NCBI GenBank assembly: GCA_964016885.1
Contig: OZ024745.1
Span: 43,648,001-43,712,000 of the forward strand
From: Eledone cirrhosa
Taxonomy: Eukaryota
Direction of reading: 5' to 3'
DNA length: 64,000 nt
The position numbers and the translations under genes were made by a program. Each line of letters opens with the position of its first letter. Within the stretch, counting starts at the first letter, position 1. Positions 13,701 through 25,724 of the stretch are shown here, in pieces. The notes below the pieces were generated by a model that did not search any database, was not told where the DNA came from, and was given only the letters and a program-made list of their open reading frames with translations.

Positions 13701-16603
13701 TGTTCTATCTGATCTCTCTATAACATGTATGTTCTGTCTGATCTCTTTATAACATATATGTTCTGTCTGATCTCTCTATAACATATATGTTCTGTCTGAT
13801 CTCTTTATAACATATATGTTCTATCTGATCTCTTTATAACATATATGTTCTATCTGATCTCTTTATAACATATATGTTCTATCTGATCTCTCTATAACAT
13901 ATATGTTCTGTCTGATCTCTCTATAACATATATGTTCTATCTGATCTCTCTATAACATATATGTTCTATCTGATCTCTCTATAACATATATGTTCTATCT
14001 GATCTCTCTATAACATATATGTTCTATCTGATCTCTCTATAACATATATGTTCTGTCTGATCTCTTTATAACATATATGTTCTATCTGATCTCTCTATGA
14101 CATATATGTTATATCTGATCTCTCTATAACATATATGTTCTATCTGATCTCTCTATAACATATATGTTCTGTCTGATCTCTCTATAACATATATGTTCTG
14201 TCTGATCTTTTTATAACATATATGTTCTATCTGATCTCACTATAACATATATGTTCTATCTGATCTCTCTATAACATATATGTTCTGTCTGATCTCTTTA
14301 TAACATATATGTTCTATCTGAACTCTCTATAACATATATGTTCTATCTGAGCTCTTTATAACTTATATGTTCTATCTGATCTCTCTATAACATATATGTT
14401 CTATCTGAGCTCTTTATAACATATATGTTCTATCTGATCTCTCTATAACATATATGTTCTATCTGATCTCTCTATAACATATATGTTCTATCTGATCTCT
14501 TTATAACATATATGTTCTATCTGATCTCTCTATAACATATATGTTCTATCTGAGCTCTTTATAACATATATGTTCTATCTGATCTCTCTATAACATATAT
14601 GTTCTGTCTGATCTCTTTATAACATATATGTTCTATCTGAACTCTCTATAACATATATGTTCTATCTGAGCTCTTTATAACTTATATGTTCTATCTGATC
14701 TCTCTATAACATATATGTTCTATCTGAGCTCTTTATAACATATATGTTCTATCTGATCTCTCTATAACATATATGTTCTATCTGATCTCTCTATAACATA
14801 TATGTTCTATCTGATCTCTTTATAACATATATGTTCTATCTGATCTCTCTATAACATATATGTTCTATCTGAGCTCTTTATAACATATATGTTCTATCTG
14901 ATCTCTTTATAAAATATATGTTCTATCTGATCTCTCTATAACATATATGTTCTATCTGAGCTCTGTATAACATATATGTTCTATCTGATCTCTCTATAAC
15001 ATATATGTTCTATCTGATCTCTCTATAACATATATGTTCTATCTGATCTCTCTATAACATATATGTTCTATCTGATCTCTCTATAATATATATGTTCTAT
15101 CTGATCTCTTTATAACATATATGTTCTATCTGATCTCTCTATAACATATATGTTCTATCTGATCTCTCTATAACATATATGTTCTATCTGATCTCACTAT
15201 AACATATATGTTCTGTCTGATCTCTCTATGACATATATGTTCTGTCTGATCTCTCTATAACATATATGTTCTATCTGATCTCTTTATAACATATATGTTC
15301 TGTCTGATCTCTCTATAACATATATGTTCTATCTGAGCTCTTTATAACATATATGTTCTATCTGAGCTCTTTATAACATATATGTTCTATCTGATCTCTC
15401 TATAACATATATGTTCTATCTGATCTCACTATAACATATATATTCTATCTGATCTCTCTATAACATATATGTTCTATCTGATCTCTCTATAACATATATG
15501 TTCTCTCTGATCTCTTTATAACATATAGGTTCTATCTGATCTCTCTATAACATATATGTTCTGTCTGATCTCTCTATAACATATATGTTCTATCTGATCT
15601 CTCTATAACATATATATCTGATCTCTCTATAACATATATGTTCTATCTGATCTCTCTATAACATATATGTTCTGTCTGATCTCTCTATAACATATATGTT
15701 CTATCTGATCTCTCTATAACATATATATCTGATCACTCTATAACATATATGTTCTATCTGATCTCTCTATAACATATATGTTTTATCTGATCTCTCTATA
15801 ACATATATGTTCTGTCTGATCTCTCTATAACATATATGTTCTATCTGATCTCTCTATAGCATATATATCTGATCACTCTATAACATATATGTTCTATCTG
15901 ATCTCTCTATAACATATATGTTCTATCTGATCTCTCTATAACATATATGTTCTGTCTGATCTCTCTATAACATATATGTTCTGTCTGATCTCTCTATAAC
16001 ATATATGTTCTATCTGATCTCTCTATAACATATATGTTCTGTCTGATCTCTCTATAACATATATGTTCTATCTGATCTCTCTATAACATATATGTTCTAT
16101 CTGATCTCTCTATAACATATATGTTCTATCTGATCTCTCTATAACATATATGTTCTGTCTGATCTCTCTATAACATATATGTTCTATCTGATCTCACTAT
16201 AACATATATGTTCTATCTGATCTCTCTATAACATATATGTTCTATCTGATCTCTCTATAACATATATGTTCTATTTGATCTCTCTATAACATATATGTTC
16301 TATCTGATCTCTCTATAACATATATGTTCTATCTGATCTCACTATAACATACATGTTCTATCTGATCTCTCTATAACATATATGTTCTGTCTGATCTCTC
16401 TATAACATATATGTTCTGTCTGATCTCTCTATAACATATATGTTCTGTCTGATGTCTCTATAACATATATGTTCTGTCTGATCTCTCTATAACATATATG
16501 TTCTGTCTGATCTCTCTATAACATATATGTTCTGTCTGATGTCTCTATAACATATATGTTCTGTCTGATGCCTCTATAACATATATGTTCTGTCTGATCT
16601 CTT
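1785..16603. repeat. 29-bp tandem satellite, about 510 units
   Basis: Consensus ATAACATATATGTTCTATCTGATCTCTCT repeated continuously; recurrent 24-bp variant lacking TTCTA; perfect palindrome AACATATATGTT in nearly every unit; copy number estimated as length/29. Confidence 0.99.
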
Positions 16604-16659
16604 CACACTAATCTCTGTTATTTTCTCATGTACTAACTATACTCGAATTGCTCTGACTG

Positions 16660-17100
16660 TCACTAAGTAATTTCTTGCTAAGGACTTCTTCATAGCAATT
16701 AGTTGCTGGTGCCCTTTCATCACAACTACTTACTGGTGAACTCTTTATAGCAACTATTTGCTAAGCACCTCTTTATAGCAATTATTTGCTTGGGACCTCT
16801 TCATAGAAACTAGTTGCTAGGGACCTCGTCATAGCGACTAGCTGCTAGGGATCTCTTCATAGCAACTAGTTGCTAGGCACCTCTTCATAGCAACTAGTTG
16901 CTAGGCACCTCTTCATAGCAACTAGTTGCTAGGCACCTCTTCATAGCAGTTAATTGCTAGTGACCTCTTCATAGCAACTAGTTGCTAGGGACTCTTCAAA
17001 GCAACTTTTACTAGTGACTTCTTCAAAATAGCTAGTTACTGGTGATCTCTTCAAAGCAACTAGTTGTTCATGACCAACCCCTTCATAACAACTAGTTACT
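16660..17100. repeat. Diverged 28-bp minisatellite, about 15 units
   Basis: Best units CTCTTCATAGCAACTAGTTGCTAGGCAC (about 16853-16950) with 16-bp palindrome TAGCAACTAGTTGCTA; decays towards both ends. Confidence 0.95.
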
Positions 17101-17328
17101 TTATGGTTTCTTGTGACTATTAAATAGCAACAAAATCTTATGTTTATTTAGTTTTTTTCCCCAGAAAACATTTACAGAAATATAATTTCGATATTAAATA
17201 ATTTTTAAAACTTTGTTAGCATTATCAAGAAGGAACTTCCCTGGATTTGTAATGTGATATTTGTTGCTATAAATAGTTATTTTCACTACTTCAAATCTTT
17301 TATATGCACTATTTTGTACTAATTTCAG

Positions 17329-17424
17329 ATGACACTGTTTCTAATATTACATCTGACACTTGCTCCAATAATGACAGCTGCTCTGTAACTAAATCATGGG
17401 GCCACTGGAACTGGTGGCATAAAG
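17329..17424 (+). CDS. ITPR: IP3 receptor exon, luminal loop (phase 1-1)
   Basis: tactaatttcag acceptor, AAAG|gtgaat donor, 96 nt open: DTVSNITSDTCSNNDSCSVTKSWGHWNWWHK; N-glycosylation sequons and Cys pair; splices in frame to 24750. Confidence 0.7.
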
Positions 17425-17780
17425 GTGAATCTTTCATCTTTTTTTACTTTATTTACAGCAATATGAAAAGACAAATAAAATTTGTTATTAGAATACAAGA
17501 CACTTATTATTTACAATTAAAATATATACATTAAATGATTTAATAAATGTAATTTTCTTACCTTCAGTTCTAATTCAGTTTGAAGGCTGCATCAGGATAA
17601 TGCTAAATCTAAACATGTTGAACTGGAAATGTTGTTAGGATATTGGATTAATAAATGTTTAGCTATTTATTCCAGCTCACTGAGTTCAAATCATGCTGAG
17701 GTCAATTTTGTCTTTCATCCTTTCATGGTTAATAAATATGTACCAGTCCAATGTTAGGATAGATTCTCTCTCTCTCTCTC

Positions 17781-17843
<63 letters not shown>

Positions 17844-18173
17844 AGTGTGTGTTTGTGTGTCTATCTATCTATCTCTGCTTGTCTATCTAACTAAGAAATC
17901 GGCTATATTCAGACCTAGGGAGGGATGGGTTCTGCCAGAATTAAGATGCCTAAGACACACTGTGTGCCAGAAAAGCATTATTACAACTCCATCATGAATA
18001 AAAGACCATTTACCTTTTTAATTTACTTAACCAGTTTGTTCTATGTACTCTCTTCATAATCAAGAATGTACCTATAAACTGTGAAATCTATCTTCCCTTT
18101 TTGTTTGATTCTTAATAGAAAATATAAACGATATTAAATTCTATGTAAATCAAAATGGATGTGTATTTTTAAG

Positions 18174-18197
18174 ATGTAGAAAGAGTATTTACTGCAG
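18174..18197 (+). CDS. ITPR: Candidate 24-nt IP3 receptor microexon
   Basis: tatttttaag|ATGTAGAAAGAGTATTTACTGCAG|gtaatc; phase 1-1 like both neighbours; encodes (D)VERVFTA; no expression evidence. Confidence 0.4.
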
Positions 18198-18543
18198 GTA
18201 ATCGAGAGATGCAGATTTTCAGAATAATTTTGCATAGATTTTGTTTTGTTTTTAAATAAATCTTCATGTAAATACATTATATATATGCTGTTACTTTGTA
18301 ACACTTGAGCTGATACAAACCAGTTCTGCTCGTAACAAATTGGGATAATTAGGAATAGGATATAGTAATCAACTCAATAGCCAGATGAGTGTGCTAGTAA
18401 TGACAATCCACATTTTATGTTCGTTATATTTCATAAATTCTATATTTTCTTCAGTGGATCTTTGCTTTATTAGAAGACTGAATTATTAACTTTAACAAAG
18501 TTAGATCTAAACATTGCTTTAATGAGATATAAATATCAATTAA

Positions 18544-18875
18544 ATCAAGGTAATAAATAATTGTTTCTACTTTTGGCACAAGGCCAGCAATCACCCAGTG
18601 CATTACTGGTACTTTATTTTATCGACCCCGTAAGGATGAAAGGCAAAGTTAACCTCGGCGGGATTTGAACTCAGAATGGCAAGAGTTCAAATCCCGCCGA
18701 GGTTAACTTTACTTGTCATCCTTATGGGGTCAATAAAATAAAGTACCAGTAATGCACTGGGTAATTGCTGGCCTTGTGCCAAAAGTAGAAACAATTATTT
18801 ATTACCTTGATCAAGGTAATAAATAATTGTTTCTACTTTTGGCACAAGGCCAGCAATTACCCAGTGTATTACTGG
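18544..18875. repeat. Fold-back (inverted triplication) of a family A SINE plus flank
   Basis: Arms 18544-18672 and 18683-18811 are inverted around a 10-nt loop; third partial copy 18811-18875 makes a spacerless palindrome centred on CCTTGA|TCAAGG. Confidence 0.95.
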
Positions 18876-18906
18876 AGTGAAAATAGAATTTTAAGGAACA
18901 CATTAA

Positions 18907-19125
18907 CCCTTTAGCATTTAAACCGGCCATATCCAGCCAGAATTCTCTCACCTCTTTCTGATCAAACCAGTCATAACCAGCCACTCATACTGACATTAAG
19001 GTATTGTTCTCAAAATAAATAATATCATCATCAAAATCTTGTAAATTCGATATATTGAAATAATTATGTAAGATAAAGCCTTTACCATAAAAATATAATA
19101 GTAGAATAATGTAAATGCTAAAAAG
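18907..19125 (+). mobile_element. piggyBac-type MITE family 1
   Basis: TTAA-CCCTTTAGCATTTA left end; decayed right end gtaaatgctaaaaagataa; internal sequence shared with other copies. Confidence 0.8.
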
Positions 19126-19450
19126 ATAAGGAATTTACAATTCTGAAGCAGTTCTTGAGGAAACTCACAATCTAGGTTATTCCTTCAAATTGTATTTAAT
19201 TAATAAGGTATTTGATCAATAGGTCATTATTTGTACCTTCTCTGTTCTTTTTAAAATATTCTCTACAGTAATGTCAGAAACACATGATTTTTTTTTTATG
19301 TCAGAAACACACACATCTCTATAAAAACATCTGACTAGTCAATCTTAGTTTTTCAGAACTATTGATGAATATGTGTTGACTTCATAACTTGAGCAATCAT
19401 CTGAATGTTAACTAGATTATGTATTCTCATTTATTGCATGCTCCATTATA

Positions 19451-19650
19451 TGAGGGTCAGCTGAAAAGTTCATAGGCTGGCCAAGATACTCTCATGGAAT
19501 GATCAAATGAGGTTTATTTTTCAACATAGTCTCTGGAAAGAAACAATGCAGTTATCAATAAGAAGAGTTGAAAAATTAATGCATGCAAGATTTCACAGCT
19601 CTAGCGTCACTCCTTCATAGTCAGCCTATGAACTTTTCAGCTCACCCTCG
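19451..19650. mobile_element. mariner-type MITE
   Basis: About 31-bp TIRs tgagggtcagctgaaaagttcataggctggc / gtcagcctatgaacttttcagctcaccctcg flanked by TA. Confidence 0.85.
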
Positions 19651-19689
19651 TATCTATAATTCTTATCTCATACACAACTTAAACCTCTT

Positions 19690-19938
19690 TAATATTTAAT
19701 TTTAAATGTATGTTAACTTAAAATTAAGTGCTTTAATGCAGGTTTTTGACTATGAAAAATAGTTGAACACATTGGGCATATAAGCCTCTAAAAGTGAATA
19801 ACATTAACTATGGGACTTTTTCACCTTTTTCTGTCTCTATTGGTTTATATGCACAAATTGTTCGACTGTTTTTCATAGTAAAAGTACTGTATTGAAACAG
19901 TTGACTTAAGCTAACATACGTTCAAAATTCATAATTTG
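19690..19938. mobile_element. Long-TIR fold-back MITE, diverged copy
   Basis: Imperfect inverted arms; similar to 31306-31587. Confidence 0.6.
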
Positions 19939-21163
19939 CTCAATGCCCCTAAAAATGCAATTGTTTATTTACTCTCTAATATTCTTGTATTCTTCTCTAC
20001 AATTAATTCTTACTTTATTTTGTTAACCTAATTTATGGTAAATCAAATTACTAATAAACAATTTCAGTCTTCCTTCAGATCTTTAAATTCAGAACTTGTA
20101 TAACTTGAAATTCCATATATAGAAACATATTTAGCCCCACTTTTATAAAATTTCTAGAACAATATAGCTTTATTCATTCCTCATAGAAATCTGTCTCAAA
20201 CAAGTGGCTAACACATGCTTGATAAAAATATTTGAAAATTAATGCTAAGGAATCATGAGGTAATGCATAGGCATTATTTGATTCAAATCCCGCCGAGGTT
20301 AGCTTTGCCTTTCATCCTTGCGGGGGTCGATAAAATAAAGCACCAGTAATGCACTGGGGTAAAATTAACTAACTTTCCCCTCCCTTAAAATTATTGGTCT
20401 TGTGCCTAAATCAGAAACCATTATTTAATTCAATATATGTAAAATAAATTAGTTTAGGTGTAACAGAAGTTTTTAATTAAAATTCTAGGATAAGACTAGA
20501 AAATTAATAGCTAGCATATTATCGTCTAACCCATGCTAGTGTGGAAAATGGACGTTAAACGAAGATGATGATGATGATGATTATCCATTTAACTCTTATA
20601 TGGATCAGTCATCAAGCACTGTGTGAGTTTTCTAAATACATGTAAATGTTTGATAGATTTACAGCAAGACTACATGTACCAAATTTAATAATTTGTTAAA
20701 GAAAAGACAGAATCCAAGAAAAATAGTAATCTGCATCAGCCTGCTTGAAACTTAATATGCACACACATTTAGCTTCTTCCTTGTGATCATCACAACCATT
20801 TTATATATGGTCTTTTTTTTTTTCATACTTGGCTGAACAGTTCTCTCCTGCCACATATTGTAGTTATTTATCTTCTCCTTTAACACTTTAGCATTTAAAC
20901 TGGCCAGAATTCTCTCAACTCTTTCTGTTCAAACCGGCTGTAACCAGCCACTCATACTGGTATTAAGGTATTGTTCTCAAAATAAATATCAAAATCTCAT
21001 AGATTCGATATCATGTGAGATAATTATGTGAGATAAAGCCTTTACCGTCAAAACTGATTTAGCTGAAAAATTGTCAAAAACACAGGTAAATATTGTTCTG
21101 TCCTTCACTCAGTATAAAGGTGCATAACTGAGGTTAAGATTGACTAATTGGCCATTTGTTTAA

Positions 21164-21565
21164 CCCTTTAGCATTTAAACTGGCCATATGTGGCCAGAAT
21201 TCTCTCACCTTTTTCTGTTCAAACCGGCTGTAACCAGCCACTCATACTGATGTTAAGGTATTGTTCTCAAAATAAATAATTGTTTCTACTTTAGGCACAA
21301 GGCCAGCAATTACCCAGTGTATTACTGGTACTTTATTTTATCGACCCCGTAAGGATGAAAGGCAAAGTCAACCTCGGCGGGATTTGAACTCAGAATGGCA
21401 AGGGCCGTAACTCTATGCGTCAAAGCATGGTGTCCGACCCTCTACCGATACTGCCAATTCACAAAATAAATAATATCAAATTCTCATAGATTCGGTATTA
21501 TGTAAGATAAAGCCTTTACTGTGAAAATATAATAGTAAATATAGAGTAATGTAAATGCTAAAGGG
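21164..21565 (+). mobile_element. piggyBac-type MITE family 1 with nested SINE
   Basis: TTAA|CCCTTTAGCATTTA...TAAATGCTAAAGGG|TTAA; SINE A at 21281-21461 (-) with 13-bp TSD caaaataaataat. Confidence 0.9.
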
Positions 21566-23690
21566 TTAAAAGGTTCAGCCATATATAAAGCAGAATGTGG
21601 TATTTATCTTAGATCCTTAACCTAGAAATTTAAACATGTTATGTAATTTTTCTATTGGTATTGTCATTTGACAGTAAAATGGGCAGAGAATTAATGTAAT
21701 GACCAATTTAGTCATCTTATACGTTTCAGTAAAAGACACGTATACAGGATGTCCCCCAAAAATGTGTACACTTTGATTAATTGTACAGGCAATAAAATCT
21801 TGGGGAAAAAAATCTCTCAGCTATATGCATTGCCTTTCCTTTAGTATTATTTCAATCACAGTTATAGGCCAAAGCATGATGTATGGGAAAATGAGTGTTT
21901 TGTCAGGCTTATTATAATTGTTGAATACAAAACTGAATGAAATCATATAATATATTATTAGTATAGGATGGTGGATTGACAGAATCATTAGAAAAATGAT
22001 TTGCAGTATTTCTATGGTCTGAGTTCAAATTCTGATAGGGTCAATTTTTCCTTTCATAGTTTCTGGGATTGATAAAATAAAGAACTAGAAAAGTAATATA
22101 TTGGAATTGCTATAATCGACCTTTCTGCATCCGAAATTACTGGATTTGTGCTCAAAGTAAAAAGAATTATTACCTACACCAGACTGGTAATGATGCCAAA
22201 ATATTTACATATCCTAAACAAAAGAATGATGAAAAATTTCACATTGCCATGTTCCAGAACAAAGTATTTATTATTTACTAATGAAAGTAAACAGAAGTGC
22301 GTGCTTTCCTATATGAACACATGTATCTAAACTATAATAAAGTAAGGAGCGCGGGACTGCGTACGGTTTATAATTTTTTATCCCATTAGTAAAATAAGTT
22401 GGATTACTTTGAATAAATAATGAATGAATATTACATAATTTATCTACTAAATTTCGTGGCTGTTGATTAAATATATTTTATTGTTTATTTTAAGATTCAC
22501 TTCTTTAAAATTTTCAAATGTTAACACTTCCGGTTAGCAATCGTTTAAATAAATATTCATATATTTCCATCACTAATTTTCTCCTAATGCAGTTTATATA
22601 TAATATTGTCGTTTTTTAATGTATCATGGATTACGTTACTGATTACATAAGAGAGTGTAACATAGTCTTCGTTCAATTTCTGTGTATATGATTTTATTTG
22701 ATGTATCGTATCTACATTCATATATACTTGCATATAATATCAATAGGGTGGTTTTTCTGCTAGTATTACATAATGAAGTTGTCATTCTTGATGGTTGCAT
22801 GTAATCAAACACCCAGCAGAAATATAGAGAAATCAAAGGTAGTTGTTTTTTTTTTATGGAGAGGAAACTGAGAACCAGACAGCTAGTCATGTTCTCCATG
22901 TTCTGAATTCAGTATCTAACTCTAGCAAAAACAAGTTCAAAATACAATTTATTTTAAAGTTGAAGAAGACAGACAGGGGAAAACCTGCAGCATTTCCAAT
23001 CATGATAAATATATATCAGCACAACTAACATATGTCTCAAAGAAATAAAAACTACAATAAAGATAGGAAGAACACCTGACAATGTGGGACATAAAGTGCA
23101 TTATATCGATATATATAGTATCTATTCTATTATTAACTTTATTTCACATTGCTCTAAGTCATTCAGCTGGAAAAAGGAGTTGCAACATCACTGATGCTAA
23201 GCTGTATCAACCTTTACCTTTCCTTTTGACAACATCAGTAGCATGGAAAGGGGAGACTGGTATGTATGGACCTAGTCTACCAGAAAAACTCCTTGCTTGG
23301 GGTTGTGCTTTGGAGGGAAACTTTCTAGCTGCAAAACCCGTAGTCATTTGTGACAGAAGGGAATCTTAACCCTTTACTCTAAGTAATGTTTTTACTTTTG
23401 GCACAAGGCCAGCAATTACCCCAATGCTTTATTTATCGACTCCGTAAGGATGAAAGACAAAGCTAACCTCAGCGTTGCCTTTACTCTAAGTAATAGACAT
23501 CAGAGTAAAGATAACTAGTCAATAATTGTCAGTTTATAGTATTCAGCTGTTGTTTCTCGCTGATAAGCCTAATTGTTACTCTAATATCTAAGATGTTTTA
23601 TCTTCCAAGATGTTTTAACAATAAAATATAAAAAGGGTTTAGCTTATAGTAGTATGTGATAAAGTGCTGGAGCATGACATGAGTAACAAA

Positions 23691-24580
23691 ATGTTTGTTT
23701 TGTTTTGTTTCATTTATTAACTATTTTTCCACACTTACGTGGCCCACCTGCTTTCCATACATGGATAATGGATTACCAAGGATTTACCAGCCTTCAGATC
23801 TCCAGACTTTGAACTGCCTTCGTACTGCTCCAATTTGCCATGACCTTCTTCTATCACTTTTCCTTTTTCTTTTTCTCAATTGTACTCCATTCCTTGCCTT
23901 CTCTCCCTACAGGGCATTCCTCCCCTGTCACCCTCCTCATTACTCCTCACCCACCAAGGGTAAACTAAAATCCTTCCACCACCACCTCAACTCCTGCCTT
24001 AAACACTTCCTCACCCCACTTCGCCCCCACCCCCCTGCTATCTCCAACCAGTACTAAAACTCTCATACCTCCTCTTCACCAAAACTTGGCATTCCAGCCA
24101 TACCCAATTCCTCAGCCACTACCTTCATCTCCATCTCATTCCCTGGGGATTCTGCCTCTGCTTCCGCACCTCCCCTCACTCTTAACCCTACACCGAACAC
24201 ATCCTCACCCATTCCTCTTGTTATTCCATGTGCATCACTCTCCACTCCACCGTCTCCCCAATCCACAACCTACCCCAAACCTTTCTTCCCCTCTGTTCCA
24301 TCTGTCACCCCCTCCTCGCTCATTCCATACTTCTCTTTGTTCAAAACCCCTCCCACATATCCAATACCAACCACACCCTCCACCTCTTTGACTCATTTAT
24401 CTTCCCTAACCTTCACACACTACTCTTACATCTACCTGTTCTCTCCTTATCTGAATTTTCCTGATGAAGGACTTCTGTCCGAAATGTTAAACCCTCAGCA
24501 CTTCATCCAAGCATGAACCTACTATAACTGTATTTTTGCATTACTGTGTTTGTTTTGTATTGTTTCATTTACTAACTATA
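23691..24580 (+). mobile_element. Penelope-derived non-autonomous element with short direct terminal repeats
   Basis: About 33-bp direct repeats tgtttgttttgt(t/a)ttgtttcattta(t/c)taacta at both ends; decayed PLE N-terminal motif TWHSSHTQFLSHYLHLHLIPWGFCLCFRTS at 24084-24173; hammerhead core near 3' end. Confidence 0.7.
24451..24498 (+). ncRNA. Minimal type I hammerhead ribozyme motif, probably decayed
   Basis: CTGATGA-a-GGAC ttct GTCC-GAAA-tgtt; stem I pairing is weak. Confidence 0.6.
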
Positions 24581-24749
24581 TATATATATATATATCGTCT
24601 AAGGTTACCTTAGGTCAGATTACGTGTAATCTGTACCTGTTATATATATATATATGTGTGTGTGTATATACACACACCTACACACATGTACTATGTGTAA
24701 CCCAATCACATTATTCTAGTTGTGCTTATTACATATTGAATTTTCGCAG

Positions 24750-24886
24750 ATGAATCAAGAGATGATGATGTTGAAGACAAACAACGAGCTTGCGATTCCC
24801 TGATCATGTGTATTGTTACATCACTCAATCAAGGACTACGGAATGGTGGAGGTATTGGGGATGTTTTACGCAAGCCCAGTAGTAAG
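24750..24886 (+). CDS. ITPR: IP3 receptor exon, pore helix and selectivity filter
   Basis: [45 protein letters not shown]; cag/gtgaga boundaries. Confidence 0.97.
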
Positions 24887-25578
24887 GTGAGAGCTTATTA
24901 TATAGAGACCTGAGAGTAGATAGTATTGTGACGTTGAGGAGAGAGAGGAGATAACCACTTTCTTCTTGAATAATCAACATTCCTCCACTTTAGAGATTAT
25001 CAGTTGTTTGGGGAATTCTGTTTGGACTTTGCTTTTATCTAGCAGGGTTTTGTTATTTCTATCTGCAAGTCCTTATACTTAGCAAATCTATGGAACTCTA
25101 AAAGGACATTGTTGTCTGAGATAATAGTCACATTTGTCAGTAGGTCTGTCTTGACTATATTTTAAACTATTGAGTCTTGATAATTTGTTATGTCATTGTT
25201 CACTTAGTAGACACTGGGAAGACCTACAGGGATTAGAAACTCTCAGGAGAGCTGGACAGCAGAAGGCCTTCAGAGAAGAAACCCCATTTAAACAAATGCT
25301 GATATGTTTGTTCTCTGAGATTTTGATATATATATATATTTTTTTTTTTTTTTTTGTCTATCTGTGTCTTCATGTATATTATATAGACTGAAGTTTGTTT
25401 TTCTTTGTATCTTACTCCCTCTGTGTTTCAAACTAACTTATAAAAGAAAAGAAAATATCTAAAAATAATAACTTTCTTGGATAATTAAGAGTAATCTCTT
25501 CTACTAGTACATAAATATCTCATTGTGTTATCAGCTTAATTTTGAGACATTTCATTAGGCCTTGGCTTTTGATTACAA

Positions 25579-25660
<82 letters not shown>

Positions 25661-25724
25661 GCATTCAAAAAGGGCTTTGATACAAAGGTGTTTTTCTGTT
25701 GTGGTTTTAATTTTGACTGGGTAA

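Noticed and set aside
1785-16603. CRISPR array (29-bp palindromic repeat)
   Set aside because: Units are head-to-tail with no unique spacers, there are no cas genes, and the context is a eukaryotic intron
22495-22552. Another possible ITPR luminal exon (taag..cg|gttagc)
   Set aside because: In the required phase it hits TAA after three codons
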